A DNA stretch of 64,000 bases, taken from contig JAWMAR010000005.1 in assembly GCA_036785375.1 (NCBI GenBank), positions 16,244,001-16,308,000 on the forward strand, given 5' to 3'. The notes under the pieces were generated by a model. That model saw only the letters and a program-made list of their open reading frames with translations. It made no database searches and was not told where the DNA came from. Origin of the DNA: Leucoraja ocellata (lineage: Eukaryota). Positions 38,178 to 50,163 of the stretch are shown here, one piece after another (the stretch's first letter is position 1; each line of letters begins with the position of its first letter). The translations under genes and the position numbers were made by a program.

Positions 38178-39157
38178 GTTGGTGTGAAACAGTTGTGATA
38201 GATCCATCGGACTAGTTTATTGAAATCTGAATTTGCATGCAATTGCTACTCGCTATTAAGTGATACATCTCATTGGAATCAACAAAGAGTTGCACAGACC
38301 ACCAATCCAATTGGTGTGTAATTAACCCCCCCCCCCCCATAGATTGATGAGTAGTTACACCAACCCACAATTAACCTGAGATTACACCTTCTCCTCCATT
38401 GATGTGCTCACTCCAGCCTCCCCACTTCATCAACAGTCGCTGTTATTCCAGAGCAAATTACGATCTCCAATTGACCACAGATTATCACTCCCAATCCATA
38501 GGAAATTACCCCAGACAAAACGATGGCAAAGTAACCTGCCCCGATTGTTGTTGAATGACACCACTTTGCTAAATTGCTGCCACTCCAGTACCTGGTGTCC
38601 ATGATCAGCTTGCAGCACCACTGGTGTGGGAAACGGCCGCATCACACTGGTGCGGTTGGCAAGGTCCTGCCCAACCCGTAGCCTCAGAGTTGGCAGTGCA
38701 TTCAGTATGACCAGGAGTGCTCACTTTGGATCTGAACTGGTGTTAATCCGGGCATGGATTAGCACAAACATATTATTTTAACATAGGTGACGGGGGGGCT
38801 TTGGCAGAAAGGAAATGATAGTGTAATGTGAGAAGGTGCATCTGGGTGTGGAGGGCAATGTGAGCCCTGTTTCACTATCTGGAAGAGGTAACCAGAATGT
38901 TGCATCAGGTGGATCACTCACACCAGCTGCAGATGCCTGATGCCTGGTGAACCGAGCATAAAGCATCACTGAAGGCACATTGACAAATCACTGACTTAGA
39001 AAGAGAATTACATCATTGGCCTTGAATCACTTTGGGACAGCCAGAAGCCATCTGTAAATGCAGGTGTTCCCTTGAGTGTGGGCGAGGTGAGAATGAATTC
39101 AGTGCCTGTGAGAGGCTGACACTTGAAGTCTGCGTGGTGTGTGGGACTGGCCTGGTG

Positions 39158-39308
39158 TGGGCATGAGGAGGCGGTGGGCACGAGGAGGTGGTGGGCATGA
39201 GGTGGTGGTGGGCATGAGGAGGTGGTGGGACTGGCCTGGGGTGGGCACGAGGAGGTGGTGGGCACGAGGAGGTGGTGGGCATGAGGAGGTGGTGGGCACG
39301 AGGAGGTG
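39158..39308. repeat. 17-bp G-rich minisatellite GGGCAYGAGGAGGTGGT
   Basis: Units at 39243, 39260, 39277 and 39294 plus variant units from 39158. Confidence 0.9.
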
Positions 39309-40425
39309 CTGAGCAGCAAGTGATGGAACCAGAGGTTTTTCGCAGGATTAATTAAAAAAAGGCATTTGGGCATTTGTGACTTTTTAGCATCGCCAGTGAA
39401 GCATTAGTTTGGGTGTTGTGAATCGGAATAAATTGCCTGTCTACACTGGGGTTGAGCTATACGACGAAGCTGAAATGGCGGTCAGAGCCTCACAGCTTGC
39501 TTTAGCAGTTGGCCTAAAGCAGGTTTCTGGCAGACCTCCACAATGATCTAATTAAATGGTGGAACTAGCTTGAACGGTTAAATATCATAATGCTTTCACA
39601 TTTCCCTAGGGGGATTACAAATTTGACAGCATTGACTTCTCATCTGAACAGAAAAGTCTGATCAGTTATCAGGACTTCAATTGTGGAGAAAATAGAGCTA
39701 CCCATTATCCTAGCACCCCCACCAGAAAGGATGTGGTGCAGAGACTTAGATTGGAGAGCAAAGTGATGAAGAAGTCCTGAGCATTTTCAGGACTATATTT
39801 CAAAAACAAACTCAGTCATTTGAATCCTTTCTTGAACACTGCACTGAATCCACAGCTGCCACAATATCTAGACTACCCTTCTTGGACTACTTGAATTAGT
39901 CTCTCATTCTCATTCCCATGGACATGCTAGTCTCCTGTTAGAATTCTTAATTTGCTCCTTCACTCCACAGTACAGATTTGAGCATTCTCGTTCATTCACA
40001 GGACTGGATTAACATGCCTTGTTGTTCTCAGAATAATTCCTCATGTCCTGAGGACACGAAGGATATCAGTTCAGGCATTCCAGCATCTTGCTGTGTCAGC
40101 ATTGTATTAATGAAGTGCTGCAGCGTCACAGGTAGCGTCTTTCTTCAAGATATGAAACCAGGTGAAGATAAGTGATGACACTATTGGAAGATGAGGAAGG
40201 GAATTCTTCAAATGTTTTTGCCAAATTGATATGTCAAATCAAAGAAACACCACAGAAACAGTTTAGCCTCCAGGACATAGCAAAGGTCATCATGTCTGAA
40301 GGTGGTAATCAGGGTTTGGAACAGCACAGGATATAGGTAGCCACTTTATGAAAAATTTATGAAGAGTTTATGAAAAATGAGAGGTCATTCCATTTAAATT
40401 TTAAAAAATGTGTAAAGGCAGCAGT

Positions 40426-40579
40426 GCATGAGCACACAACTGCAGGCTGCTGCATGAGTGCACAAACTGCAGGCTGCTGCATGAGTGCACAAACTGCAGG
40501 CTGCTGCATGAGTGCACAAACTGCAGGCTGCTGCATGAGTGCACAACTGCAGGCTGCTGCATGAGTGCACAACTGCAGG
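40426..40579. repeat. 27-bp tandem repeat TGCATGAGTGCACAAACTGCAGGCTGC, about 5.5 copies
   Basis: Read directly; gives the MSAQTAGCC periodicity in ORF 40370..40564. Confidence 0.95.
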
Positions 40580-41544
40580 TTGACTCCCAAGTCACACAAC
40601 ACCTGTGTTTCTCCCTTGTCACCAAGGCAAAATCCTTGATCTTGTAGGTGTAGTTTAAGGTGGTGGCTCCACAACCTATTGCAGGGGCGATTAGAGATCT
40701 TCATTAAATTCCAACTCACCAATGAAATCCTTGTCCCATTAGTGGATAAAATAATCCTTATTCCATAACACTTCCCTCAGTTGCTGATTGACGTTCCAAG
40801 TCCATGCGAACACATTTCATCAACTCAGACCCAACCAAATCATAATTCTGCAGCTTCTAATCAGAAGAGATAGTAGGATGAAAGGTGAGTGTGATGCAAG
40901 GAGATTTACGTGCAACTGCTCAAAGGCCTACAGTGAGTTCAGCACCACGGTCAGCCACAGACTTGGATAGTTGGATTGCTAGAGGTGAACAGTCAGTCCT
41001 GAAGAACATTGAGATAATGAATGCTTCTCTCCTGTAAGTTGGTTGCTGTAGGTACCAATTATATATCACCTTCTACAAGAGAAAGGGAAGTGTCTGTTAT
41101 TATCTTGCAATATGTTTCAGTAATGTTTGTGCCAAGATGGAGCAGTTGACAGTGTATAGATATATATTTGTGAGACTCGAACGTTTGGTAAATCTGTGAG
41201 AATGATGGGCATATCATCGCTGTTTGGTGGGTGTCAGCAGATGGAGGTGGCCTTTCCTCCTGTCCACCTCATCTAACAAAGTGTTCCGAGCTGTGTCGGA
41301 TGATTGTCAATCTCCTCTCATCTTTGCTGTGTTATGGTATATTCCTAATTTCCCAAAGTATTGAGATTACTTTGACCAGCAATTGCATCAGTAATAAGTA
41401 TCTCCCCTTAAAAGGCGCAGGTATGGCTTCAACAGTGCTGGTGAACTTCAGCTATTGCTAACTATTTAACATGCAATACCCCAACCATACACCACAGTGG
41501 GTGCTGCTGGAAGCTATAAATGTCATGATGAAGTGACAACACAA

Positions 41545-42445
41545 TTTCAAGAACGGTCTCGACCTGAAACGTTACCTATCCATGTTCTCCAGAGATGCTG
41601 CCTGACCCGCTGAGTTCCTCCAGCACTCTGTGTGGTTTTGCGTATACAATACAATACCGTTTATTGTCATTTGAACCTCAAATGAAGTTCAAACAAAATT
41701 TGGTTTCTGCAGCCATACAAGAAAAGAACCAAGACACACACCAACACAATTTACACAAACATCCATCACAGTGAATCTCCTCCTCACTCTTATGGAAGGC
41801 AAAGTCTTGTCTCTCCCCTGCTCTCCATTCTTCTCCCGATGTCAAAGCCTCCGGTGGACGATGGTAAGTCCCGCGGCCATTAAGGCCGCGCCAGGCCATG
41901 CAAGGCCGCGCTCCGGGTCGTGATGTTGGAAACCCTGACGGGCACTAGCAAGTCCCACGGCCGTTAAAGCCGCGCCGGGCGATGTAAGGCCCCTCTCCAG
42001 GTCATTTTTAACCCCACATCAACCCCGTATAGAAACATAGAAATTAGGTGCAGGAGTAGGCCATTCGGCCCTTCAAGCCTGCACTGCCATTCAATATGAT
42101 CATGGCTGACCATCCAACTCAGTATCCCGTACCTGCCTTCTCTCCATACCCTCTGATCCCCTTAGCCACAAGGGCCACATCTAACTCCCTCTTAAATATA
42201 GCCAATGAACTGGTCTCAACTACCCTCTGGGGCAGACAGTTCCAGAGATTCACCACTCTCTGTGTGAAAAAAGTTCTTCTCATCTCGGTTTTAAAGGATT
42301 TCCCCCTTATCCTTAAGCTGTGACCCCTTGTCCTGGACTTCCCCAACATCGGGAACAATCTTCCTGCATCTAGCCTGTCCAACCCCTTAAGAATTTTGTA
42401 AGTTTCTATAAGATCCCCTCTCAATCTCCTAAATTCTAGAGAGTA
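41545..42445. mobile_element. Cluster: pLTR fragment (+), GC-rich non-autonomous retroposon (-, 41645-42028), CR1 3' end (-, 42029-42445)
   Basis: gaacggtctcgacctgaaacgtt pLTR core; acaatacaatac..tttattgtca tail; ORF 42119..42481 is a CR1 C-terminus. Confidence 0.75.
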
Positions 42446-42589
42446 TGTATCTGTAGTTCTTGGTTTCTTTTTGTCAGACACAGTTTAACTACAAATCAAT
42501 TCATATTTCTGAGCACGATCCATTGTCGTCTTAGTCTCCCAAAACATTAAAATAAAATGCTTGTCATATTTTTTTCAAATTCCAATTGT

Positions 42590-45145
42590 TGTGCTGAATG
42601 GCAGCAGTTTCTGGGAGTAATTTGGAAGGCACATGGTCTTTTCATCCCAAAGAGGAAGAAAGATTCTAAGCGGAGAATAAGGTGACCGTGATTGACAAGG
42701 GTTAGGGTAAGACAGCATAAAACTAAATGAGAAGGCACATGATATTGCAAAGATAAGTTAGAAGCTGCAGGATTGGGAAACTTTTAAAAACCACAGAGGG
42801 TAACTAAAAAGTCAATACGGGGAGAAAAGATGAAATATGAAGGTAACCCAGATAATAATATAAAAGAGGATAGCACAGGTTTCTTCAGATATATAAAGAG
42901 TAAACGAGAGGCAAGAGTGGACATTGGACCTCTGGGAAATGACGCTGGCGAAGTAGTGATGCGGAATGAAGAAATGGCAGGTGAATGAAATACGTTTTTG
43001 CATCAGTCTTCACAGGTACAACGTACCTGAAATTCAAAGAGTCAGGGAGGAGGTTAGTGGAGTGGCTGTTACTAAGGAGAAGAGGCTGGGGAAGCTCAAG
43101 TCAAGTCAAGTCAAGTTTATTCATCACATACACATACGAGATGTGCAGTGAAATGAAAGTGGCAATGCTCGCGGACTTTGTGCAAAAAGACAAACAAACA
43201 AACAACCAAACAAACTATAAACACAATCATAAACACACACATATTATTTTACATATTAAATATTGGAAGGATAAACGTTCAGTAAAGTTAGTCCCTGGTG
43301 AGATGGGAGTTTACAGTCCGAATGGCCTCTGGGAAGAAACTCCTTCTCAACCTCTCCGTTCTCACTGCATGGCAACGGAGGCGTTTGCCTGACCGTAGCA
43401 GCTGGAACAGTCCGTTGCATGGGTGGAAGGGGTCTCCCATGATTTTATTTGATCTGGAGTTGCACCTCCTGATGTATAGTTCCTGCAGGGGGGCGAGTGA
43501 AGTTCCCATAGTGCGTTCGGCCGAACGCACTACTCTCTGCAGAGCCTTCTTGTCCTGGGCAGAGCAATTCCCAAACCAGATGGTAATGTTCCCGGACAAG
43601 ATGCTTTCCACAGCCGCTGAGTAGAAGCACTCGAGGATCCTCGGAGACACTCTGAATTTCCTCAATTGCCTGAGGTGGTAAAGGCGCTGCCTTGCCTTAC
43701 GAGTGCTGTGGCGTGTGATGTCCATGTCATATCCTCAGAGATGTGGACTCCCAGATATTTAAAACAGCTCACCCTATCCACAGTATCCCCCTTTATCCTC
43801 AATGGAGTGTACGTCCTCGGATGATGTGCCCTCCTAAAGTCCACGATCAGCTCCTTCGTTTTTTTGATGTTCAAGAGGAGGCTGTTATCCTGGCACCCAG
43901 AGTGCTAGATCAGCCACCTCCTCCTGGTAGGCCTTCTCATCGTTGTCTGAGATCAGGCCCACTACCACAGTGTCATGAGCAAACTTAATTATTGAGTTGA
44001 TCTGAACCTAGCCACACAGTCATGTGTATGCAGGGAGTACAATAGGGGGCTGAGGACCCAACCCTGGGGCGATCCTGTGCTCAGGGTGAGGGACTTTGAT
44101 GTATTCCCTCCCATCCTGACTAGCTGGAAGGTCTGAAGGTGGATAGGTCACCTGGACCTGATAGACTGCACCCTAGGGTTCTGAGAGAGATTGTGGAGGT
44201 ATTAGCAGTGATCTCTGAAGAGTCACTAGAGTCAGGAGTGGTCCCAGAGGACGGGAACATTGCAAGTGTTCCTCTGCTGTTCAAGGGGGCAGCAAAGCTA
44301 AAGAGGGGAAACTATAAGCCAGTTAGCCTGACTTCAGTGGTTGGTCAGATTTTAAAGTCCATTGTTAAAGATGATTTCTCTTACATTCATCCTCTATATA
44401 TTAAATCTTTAGGCTGTATTAGTGAGTCATTTCAGTTGACACAGCACTGACACCCGCTCTGCACAGAGAAGTGTGAGAAACAAAAGTGATCATTTCCCAT
44501 TTGGTAATGTCGTTCAGACTTCGGTCTGAATGACAAATAAAAGGCTATTCTATGTAACATGCTGGTATTAAGGAACAAAGCCATTCCCTGACATGTTAGT
44601 ATTTGATATAAGAGGTATGTCAATCTCTGATAGATGATTCCAGCAAGAAAAAGTTGTTTATTTTTTTGTTCCGCAATTCATCTTTGCAAAGATATAGATG
44701 ATCCCGGGGCTGATTGGGTTAACATATGATGAGGGTTTGACCGCGTTGGGCCTGTAGAAGGGTGGGGGGGGGGGGCCTCATTGAAACGTACCCAATTGTT
44801 AAAGGCCTGGATAGTGGATGTGGAGAGGATGTTTCCACTAGTGGGAGAGTCTAGAACCAATGGGGCACAGCCTCAGAATTAAAGGACATCCCTTTAGAAA
44901 CGAGATGAGGAGGAATTTCATGAGTCAGAGGGTGATGAATCTGTGGAATTCCTTGCCACAGACGGTTGTGGAGGCCATCTTTGGATATTTTTAAAGCAGA
45001 GATTGCAGGTTCTACATTAGTAAGGGTGTCAAAGGTTATGGGGCGAAGGCAGGAGAATGGGGTTGAGAGGGAAAGAGAGATCAGCCATGATTGAATGGTG
45101 GCGTAGACTCAATGGACTGAATGGCCTAATTCTGCTCCTGTGTCT
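42590..45145 (+). mobile_element. Degenerate CR1 interrupted by Rex1/Babar (43097-44121) and by a locally duplicated unique segment (44378-44700)
   Basis: CR1 reading KRLGK|LEGLKVDRSPGPDRLHPRVLRE is split at agct; the 3' end resumes at about 44700. Confidence 0.8.
43097..44121 (-). mobile_element. Rex1/Babar LINE 3' part with (CTTGA)n tail
   Basis: ORFs 43662..43874 (NIKKTKELIVDFR, FKYLGVHISED) and 43288..43725 (KARQRLYHLRQLRKF..ESILSG.ITIWFGN..LRSGKR..SFFPEAIR). Confidence 0.9.
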
Positions 45146-45779
45146 AATGAACTGGTGGTGAGCTGCCTGGTAAGCCTTTGCTCCCAGTCCACTGCTTCTG
45201 ATTGTGCTCACCTCTCAAGAGTCAAGAAATCTTACATTTACTTCTGTCCACCTCTGATATGGGGAAAGCTTTCCTGCATTCACCCTATCTTAATTTTATA
45301 TTCCTCAAGCATGTCCCCTCTTAACCTTTTCCACTCCAGGAAGAATAGTCCTAGTTCTTCAGTCTCTTCCTAACTGTAACACTCCAACCCAGGCAAGCTC
45401 CTGGTGAATCTCCACTGCACCCTCTCCCATGCTGTTGCATCCTATGTGTAGTGTGTGGTGACCAGAAATGTACGCAACAGTCGAGACCCAACCAACATTT
45501 TGTAAAATCAGCATTATCTTCCTGCATTAGTTAGGTACAAATGGCTTGAACTCACATTTGTGGTGAGTTTCATTCATTGTAAATGCACCGTGCACAATAG
45601 ATCATGTATTTCAGACCATTCAGTCTTCATTGCAATCCACTATCCATTATTGTAAAGTTGATCTTTTAATCTGTGTGCCCTGCAGTGATAATGCAGACAC
45701 CAAGGACAGCAGCCTGCATTAAGCCAAGTAGACCACGATTGCTGAACGCTTCCAAGTGTAATCTGAACAAAACAATCAT

Positions 45780-46310
45780 AGCCATTCCCTTCGCCAAACA
45801 CTTGCACTCAGTTTGCCAACACCTACCAAATCACACGGTGGCTCACCATTTTAACTCCCTTCCCCATGCCCATACTGACCTTTCTATATGGGCCTCCTCC
45901 TTTGCCAGAGCGAGGCCACGTGCAAACTGGAGCAACAGCACTCATATTCTACTTGCTGAATTTTAGTTCACCTCTAACAACCCCCTGTCTCCCCCACACA
46001 CCCCTTTCTTTCCCCAATGTGCCCCATCTGGACTCACATCTATTTTTCCCCTCTCTCCTCCACCTATATTCCTTCCTCAAGCTTCACAATTCGCAACTCT
46101 TCAATCATTTTGTCTCATTCCTTTTTTTATATCTCTGGCCTTTGTCCAACCTTCTGCCTATCAATACTCCCCTCGCCTTGTCCTGCCTCTCCTCTCTTCT
46201 AGCTTTCTTCCCCCAATCAGTCAGAAGGGTCCAGACAGAAACGCCGCCTGTCCATGCTCTCCAGAGATGCTGCCTGACCCGTTGAGTTACTCCAGCACTT
46301 TGTGTCTCCC
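45780..46310 (+). mobile_element. Old Penelope 3' fragment (GIY-YIG C-terminus and pLTR)
   Basis: FAKHLHSVCQHLPNHTVAHHFNSLPHAHTDLS; degenerate pLTR at 46220-46305. Confidence 0.7.
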
Positions 46311-48570
46311 TTTGTGTGGGAAGTTTGCATGTGTGACAGGGTAAGGGTCAACTGTGATCCTCTGGTGTGTGTTCACAAGCTTGCTATCTCCCTGTTCAAG
46401 AAGAAAGACATTGAGCAAGTTTGGTCCTACATCTGACATGGTGAATAGTTCCAGGGGGCAGGGAGAACATTGTAGTAAGGACATCCTTGTTCAGTGACCA
46501 CATTATAAAATCAGCAGATGCTAATGGCTGTGAGACGCACATGGTCTCCCTATGCACCATTGAAATGAGAGATTACTGGCTTATTGTAAACAATAAATAT
46601 TAGGCTCTATGCCTGAAATGTTCAGACCAAGGACGAACACAAACGACACACAAGTATGCTTGTTGTTTATGCTGCTTTTGTGATGCTGCAAATTTGTTTC
46701 TTCCCATGATAGAATGTTTGGCGTAAAATGGACAACGAGTGCATCGGCTTAACTTTTCAAAGTTATTTCTTACCACGTCTCTGGCTTTGGAGCAAATTTG
46801 GTTGTCTGACTTTTCACCCACCTGCAGTATCTTTGGGGACCGCCAATGCTGACAGGATTTCTTTCTGCACCAAAGTCTTTGATGTTGTAAAACAATGAAT
46901 TTCATTGCTTTCCCTTGCACTGTCGGTTCCTATACGTCAGCGATGAAAGTGATGTATCAGTGGAAGACTTGTGGTGTTTTCTTTAGACAAAGAAGAGCTT
47001 AGATAGTCTGATTTTTCATTCAATTTAGCTTTCTGCAGTGGATTTAATGCAATATGAAGCTGGCTTGAGAAAAGCACAATAGATTGGCAAACTAACTGAA
47101 TTAACTGAGCTTAGAGGAATAAATTTGTAACGTGGCAGAAGTTCTTAACCATAAAAAGGTTTCCCAAAATAGGATTTGCAAGCTAATCGCACTGATACTT
47201 TTACTCCTTTACTATTTTAGACTGATTCATTATTTGTTCACAAATGCTGGGCCTCGGTAAGATGTTGTGCAAGAAATCGTATTATTCAATGTGGCAAAGC
47301 TGCCAATGTGTTTGAAAAACATCCATGCATTTTTGTTTTGTTGCTATTTTAGGAAATGCAAAGAATCTTGTTAACCAGTCCATTGATATTACTATACTTG
47401 GTTCTTTTCTAAATATATTTATAGACAGATTTATTTGATCATATAACCTATTGTGTCATGGTATTATTATATGAACCATTGAGCAGTTTAACTGGCCCAC
47501 ATAATACATTTTCGTTGATGTTGAAATGAAGAATGTAACTGTCTATCTTGTTATATTTATTGCTATAACAAAATGTATCTTCTGTGTAATGCCCCAGACT
47601 TAAAATATAAATCTAACAACTTCATTATCAGAGTCAGAGAAGGTAGAGTTTTTTAAAGAAAAAATCCCCAAAGCTGTTCTGTTCATAAGAAGAAATTGAC
47701 TGCAGATTCAATGTGATTATAATTTGGTTTCGATATTTGTAAATGAGGCATTCTGTGATTGTAGGAGAGGGTAAACTGTTACCTTCTCCTGAGGATTCTG
47801 TATCCCACACCTCCTTAAGGCAAGAGAATGGGCCATTAGAGGACCCCTTCATTACTTATTGTCTTAATGCAGAGGGAGGGGACAGCCTTGGTAGCATTTG
47901 ATAACCAATTTCAACATTCAGCAGACTAACCTATTAGTCATGCATCTCAGCCTTTCTCTATTTACTTTCAAAACACTTAGAAATAATACAAGATTAGCAG
48001 TAGAATGTGATCTTTTTTGGGTACAACATATCGTGGTATCTGCTGCTTCCACACACTGCAGCTATTTGGCCCTCTGGGAACATTTTGTGTTGACAGAATG
48101 CTGTGTTGAATTCAGATGCAGAAATATTAAAGCTGTAGAGAAAGCTTAACATTTGATTATTTGTATTAAAGTTTTTATAAACCTCACACTGATTTGGACA
48201 ATAAATGGCAAGTCAAAGTTTCTACTTGCATTCATCTTCAACATATTAAATCTTTAGGCTGTATTAGTGAGTCATGTCAGTTGACACAGCACTGACACCC
48301 GCTCTGAACAGAGAAGTGTGAGAAACTAAAGTGATCATTTCCCATTTGTTAATGTAACATGCTGGAATTAAGGAACAAAGCCATTACTTGACATGTTAGT
48401 ATTTGATATAGGAGGTATGTCAATGATGATTCCAGCTAGAAACATTTTATTCTTTGTTCCACAAGTCACCTTCGCAAATATATAAGATTACGACTTATTT
48501 AATTAAAACGAGAAATATGTTAAAAGCAATGTTGGATAATGATTTTAAAAAAATTGGTAATTCCTGACAG

Positions 48571-48709
48571 AATGAAATGGAGGATGATCGTGCTGAGCGC
48601 TTGCGTAAAGCTACCGAACGCTTGCGGAGTCCTGTGATGTTCAGTAAAGATTCAGCTGTGAGACGAACTCATCTTCAGTCATTTAGTCAGTATGTGGAAA
48701 GCAGACCAG
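48571..48709 (+). CDS. EHBP1: EHBP1 internal coding exon (phase 0 to 1)
   Basis: cctgacag acceptor and G|gtgagg donor; translates NEMEDDRAERLRKATERLRSPVMFSKDSAVRRTHLQSFSQYVESRP vs recalled human EDLRTERLQKTTERFRNPVVFSKDSTVRKTQLQSFSQYIENRP. Confidence 0.96.
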
Positions 48710-48898
48710 GTGAGGAACTCTTGAGATAAGAACGTTAAAATTCTACATTGCTTTTCATTCTGATCAGCTGTTAGAGAAGCTTTATAACAAGATTGAAATT
48801 AACCTCCTCGGTATAAATCATTTGCTATGCTCAGGGTGAAGCAGATAGTTTTATCCGATTTCTGAATATCTTTTTTTTCTTTCTATATAAAAAAAAAG

Positions 48899-49008
48899 AG
48901 ATTAAAAGGCAGAGATCAATACAAGAAGATGCAAAGAAAGGAAATGAGGAAAGGATGGAAATCTGTGAAACAACTCCAAGAAAGCCATCGGAAGATGAAG
49001 TATTTAGT
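48899..49008 (+). CDS. EHBP1: EHBP1 internal coding exon (phase 1 to 0)
   Basis: translates (E)IKRQRSIQEDAKKGNEERMEICETTPRKPSEDEVFS vs recalled human EMKRQRSIQEDTKKGNEEKAAITETQRKPSEDEVLN; donor AGT|gtatgt; acceptor is an A-rich aag. Confidence 0.92.
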
Positions 49009-50039
49009 GTATGTTTAATTTTTCTATGCTTTAGTGATTACTGATTATTTTTTTAGTCATGTAAGGAAATACTGCCTTTATTGCCAGGAAAAAATGAGAT
49101 GTTGGGTTTGCAGATGTCAATCACACACACTTTCAATGCAAAGCAAAAGGGGTGCACCACTGAATTAGTCTGCAGTGTTGTGATAATTGTCAGATAAAAG
49201 ATGATTTTTTTCAGACTTGCACAGCCTCTGCATCCTTGAGACATTTCCATCAGGGCACTTCCCATAAAGAGATTCCAGTATTGATCTACCAGGAGGATTT
49301 TAATTATTGCAGTAGTAGCTGGTGCAAGCTTCAGTTGGAAGGCAAAGTCACTGGAGACCTGCTTGAATTTCCCAGACAAGCCATGTTGTTGGCATGGGTT
49401 AATGGGTGTTCAACCTTTCCATTATACGGATCAGCCATGAATTACCAGCTGAATGATGTTTGCATTAATATAATATATATGATAATTTTTTCACTTAATT
49501 AATGGGGAGGTTCAGCACAGTGAGAAAATAGGCTGATCATCTGTAAAATTGATTTGTGAAGACAAATTTGATCGACAGAAAGAGGAAACTGACCGATGGA
49601 CAAGTAGAATAATTCAGGAAATAGATTGGGATTGTATTATCTTAGTTTCAGTTATTTTACTCAAAATATTACATTGATCGTTGCTTTATATAAAGAAAAA
49701 AAACCTATTGAGCTATATCAGCTGACAATGAATAAAGAGGAAAGCATTTTAACCTGAGTTTTAGAGTCACGCAGTAGAGACTGTGACTCTCAAACTCAGA
49801 TTAAAATTGCTTTTCCATTTATTAATTTTCTGCTGATATGTGCCCACTAGGTTTTGTTTTACATGAGAGGAAACACTGACTACATTTAACTTCTCATTCT
49901 CTGTGAGTTCAGTTAATGGCTAGCAGCACATTAAACACAATCTGTAAATATTTTGCTTGCTCTCCCTACTGAATTAAGGGAAACATTTTTATAATTACCT
50001 TATGTATTTTTAATGTAATATTTTATTTCTAATCAACAG

Positions 50040-50163
50040 AGAGGGTTCAAAGACACGAGTCAGTATGTTGTCGGAGAATTGGCAGCGCTGGAGAATGAGC
50101 AGAAGCAAATTGACACGCGTGCGGCGATGGTGGAGAAGCACCTTCGCTATCTCATGGACACAG
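50040..50163 (+). CDS. EHBP1: EHBP1 coding exon, start of C-terminal bMERB (Rab-binding) domain
   Basis: atcaacag acceptor and G|gtacgg donor; translates RGFKDTSQYVVGELAALENEQKQIDTRAAMVEKHLRYLMDT(G), nearly identical to recalled human KGFKDTSQYVVGELAALENEQKQIDTRAALVEKRLRYLMDTG. Confidence 0.97.
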
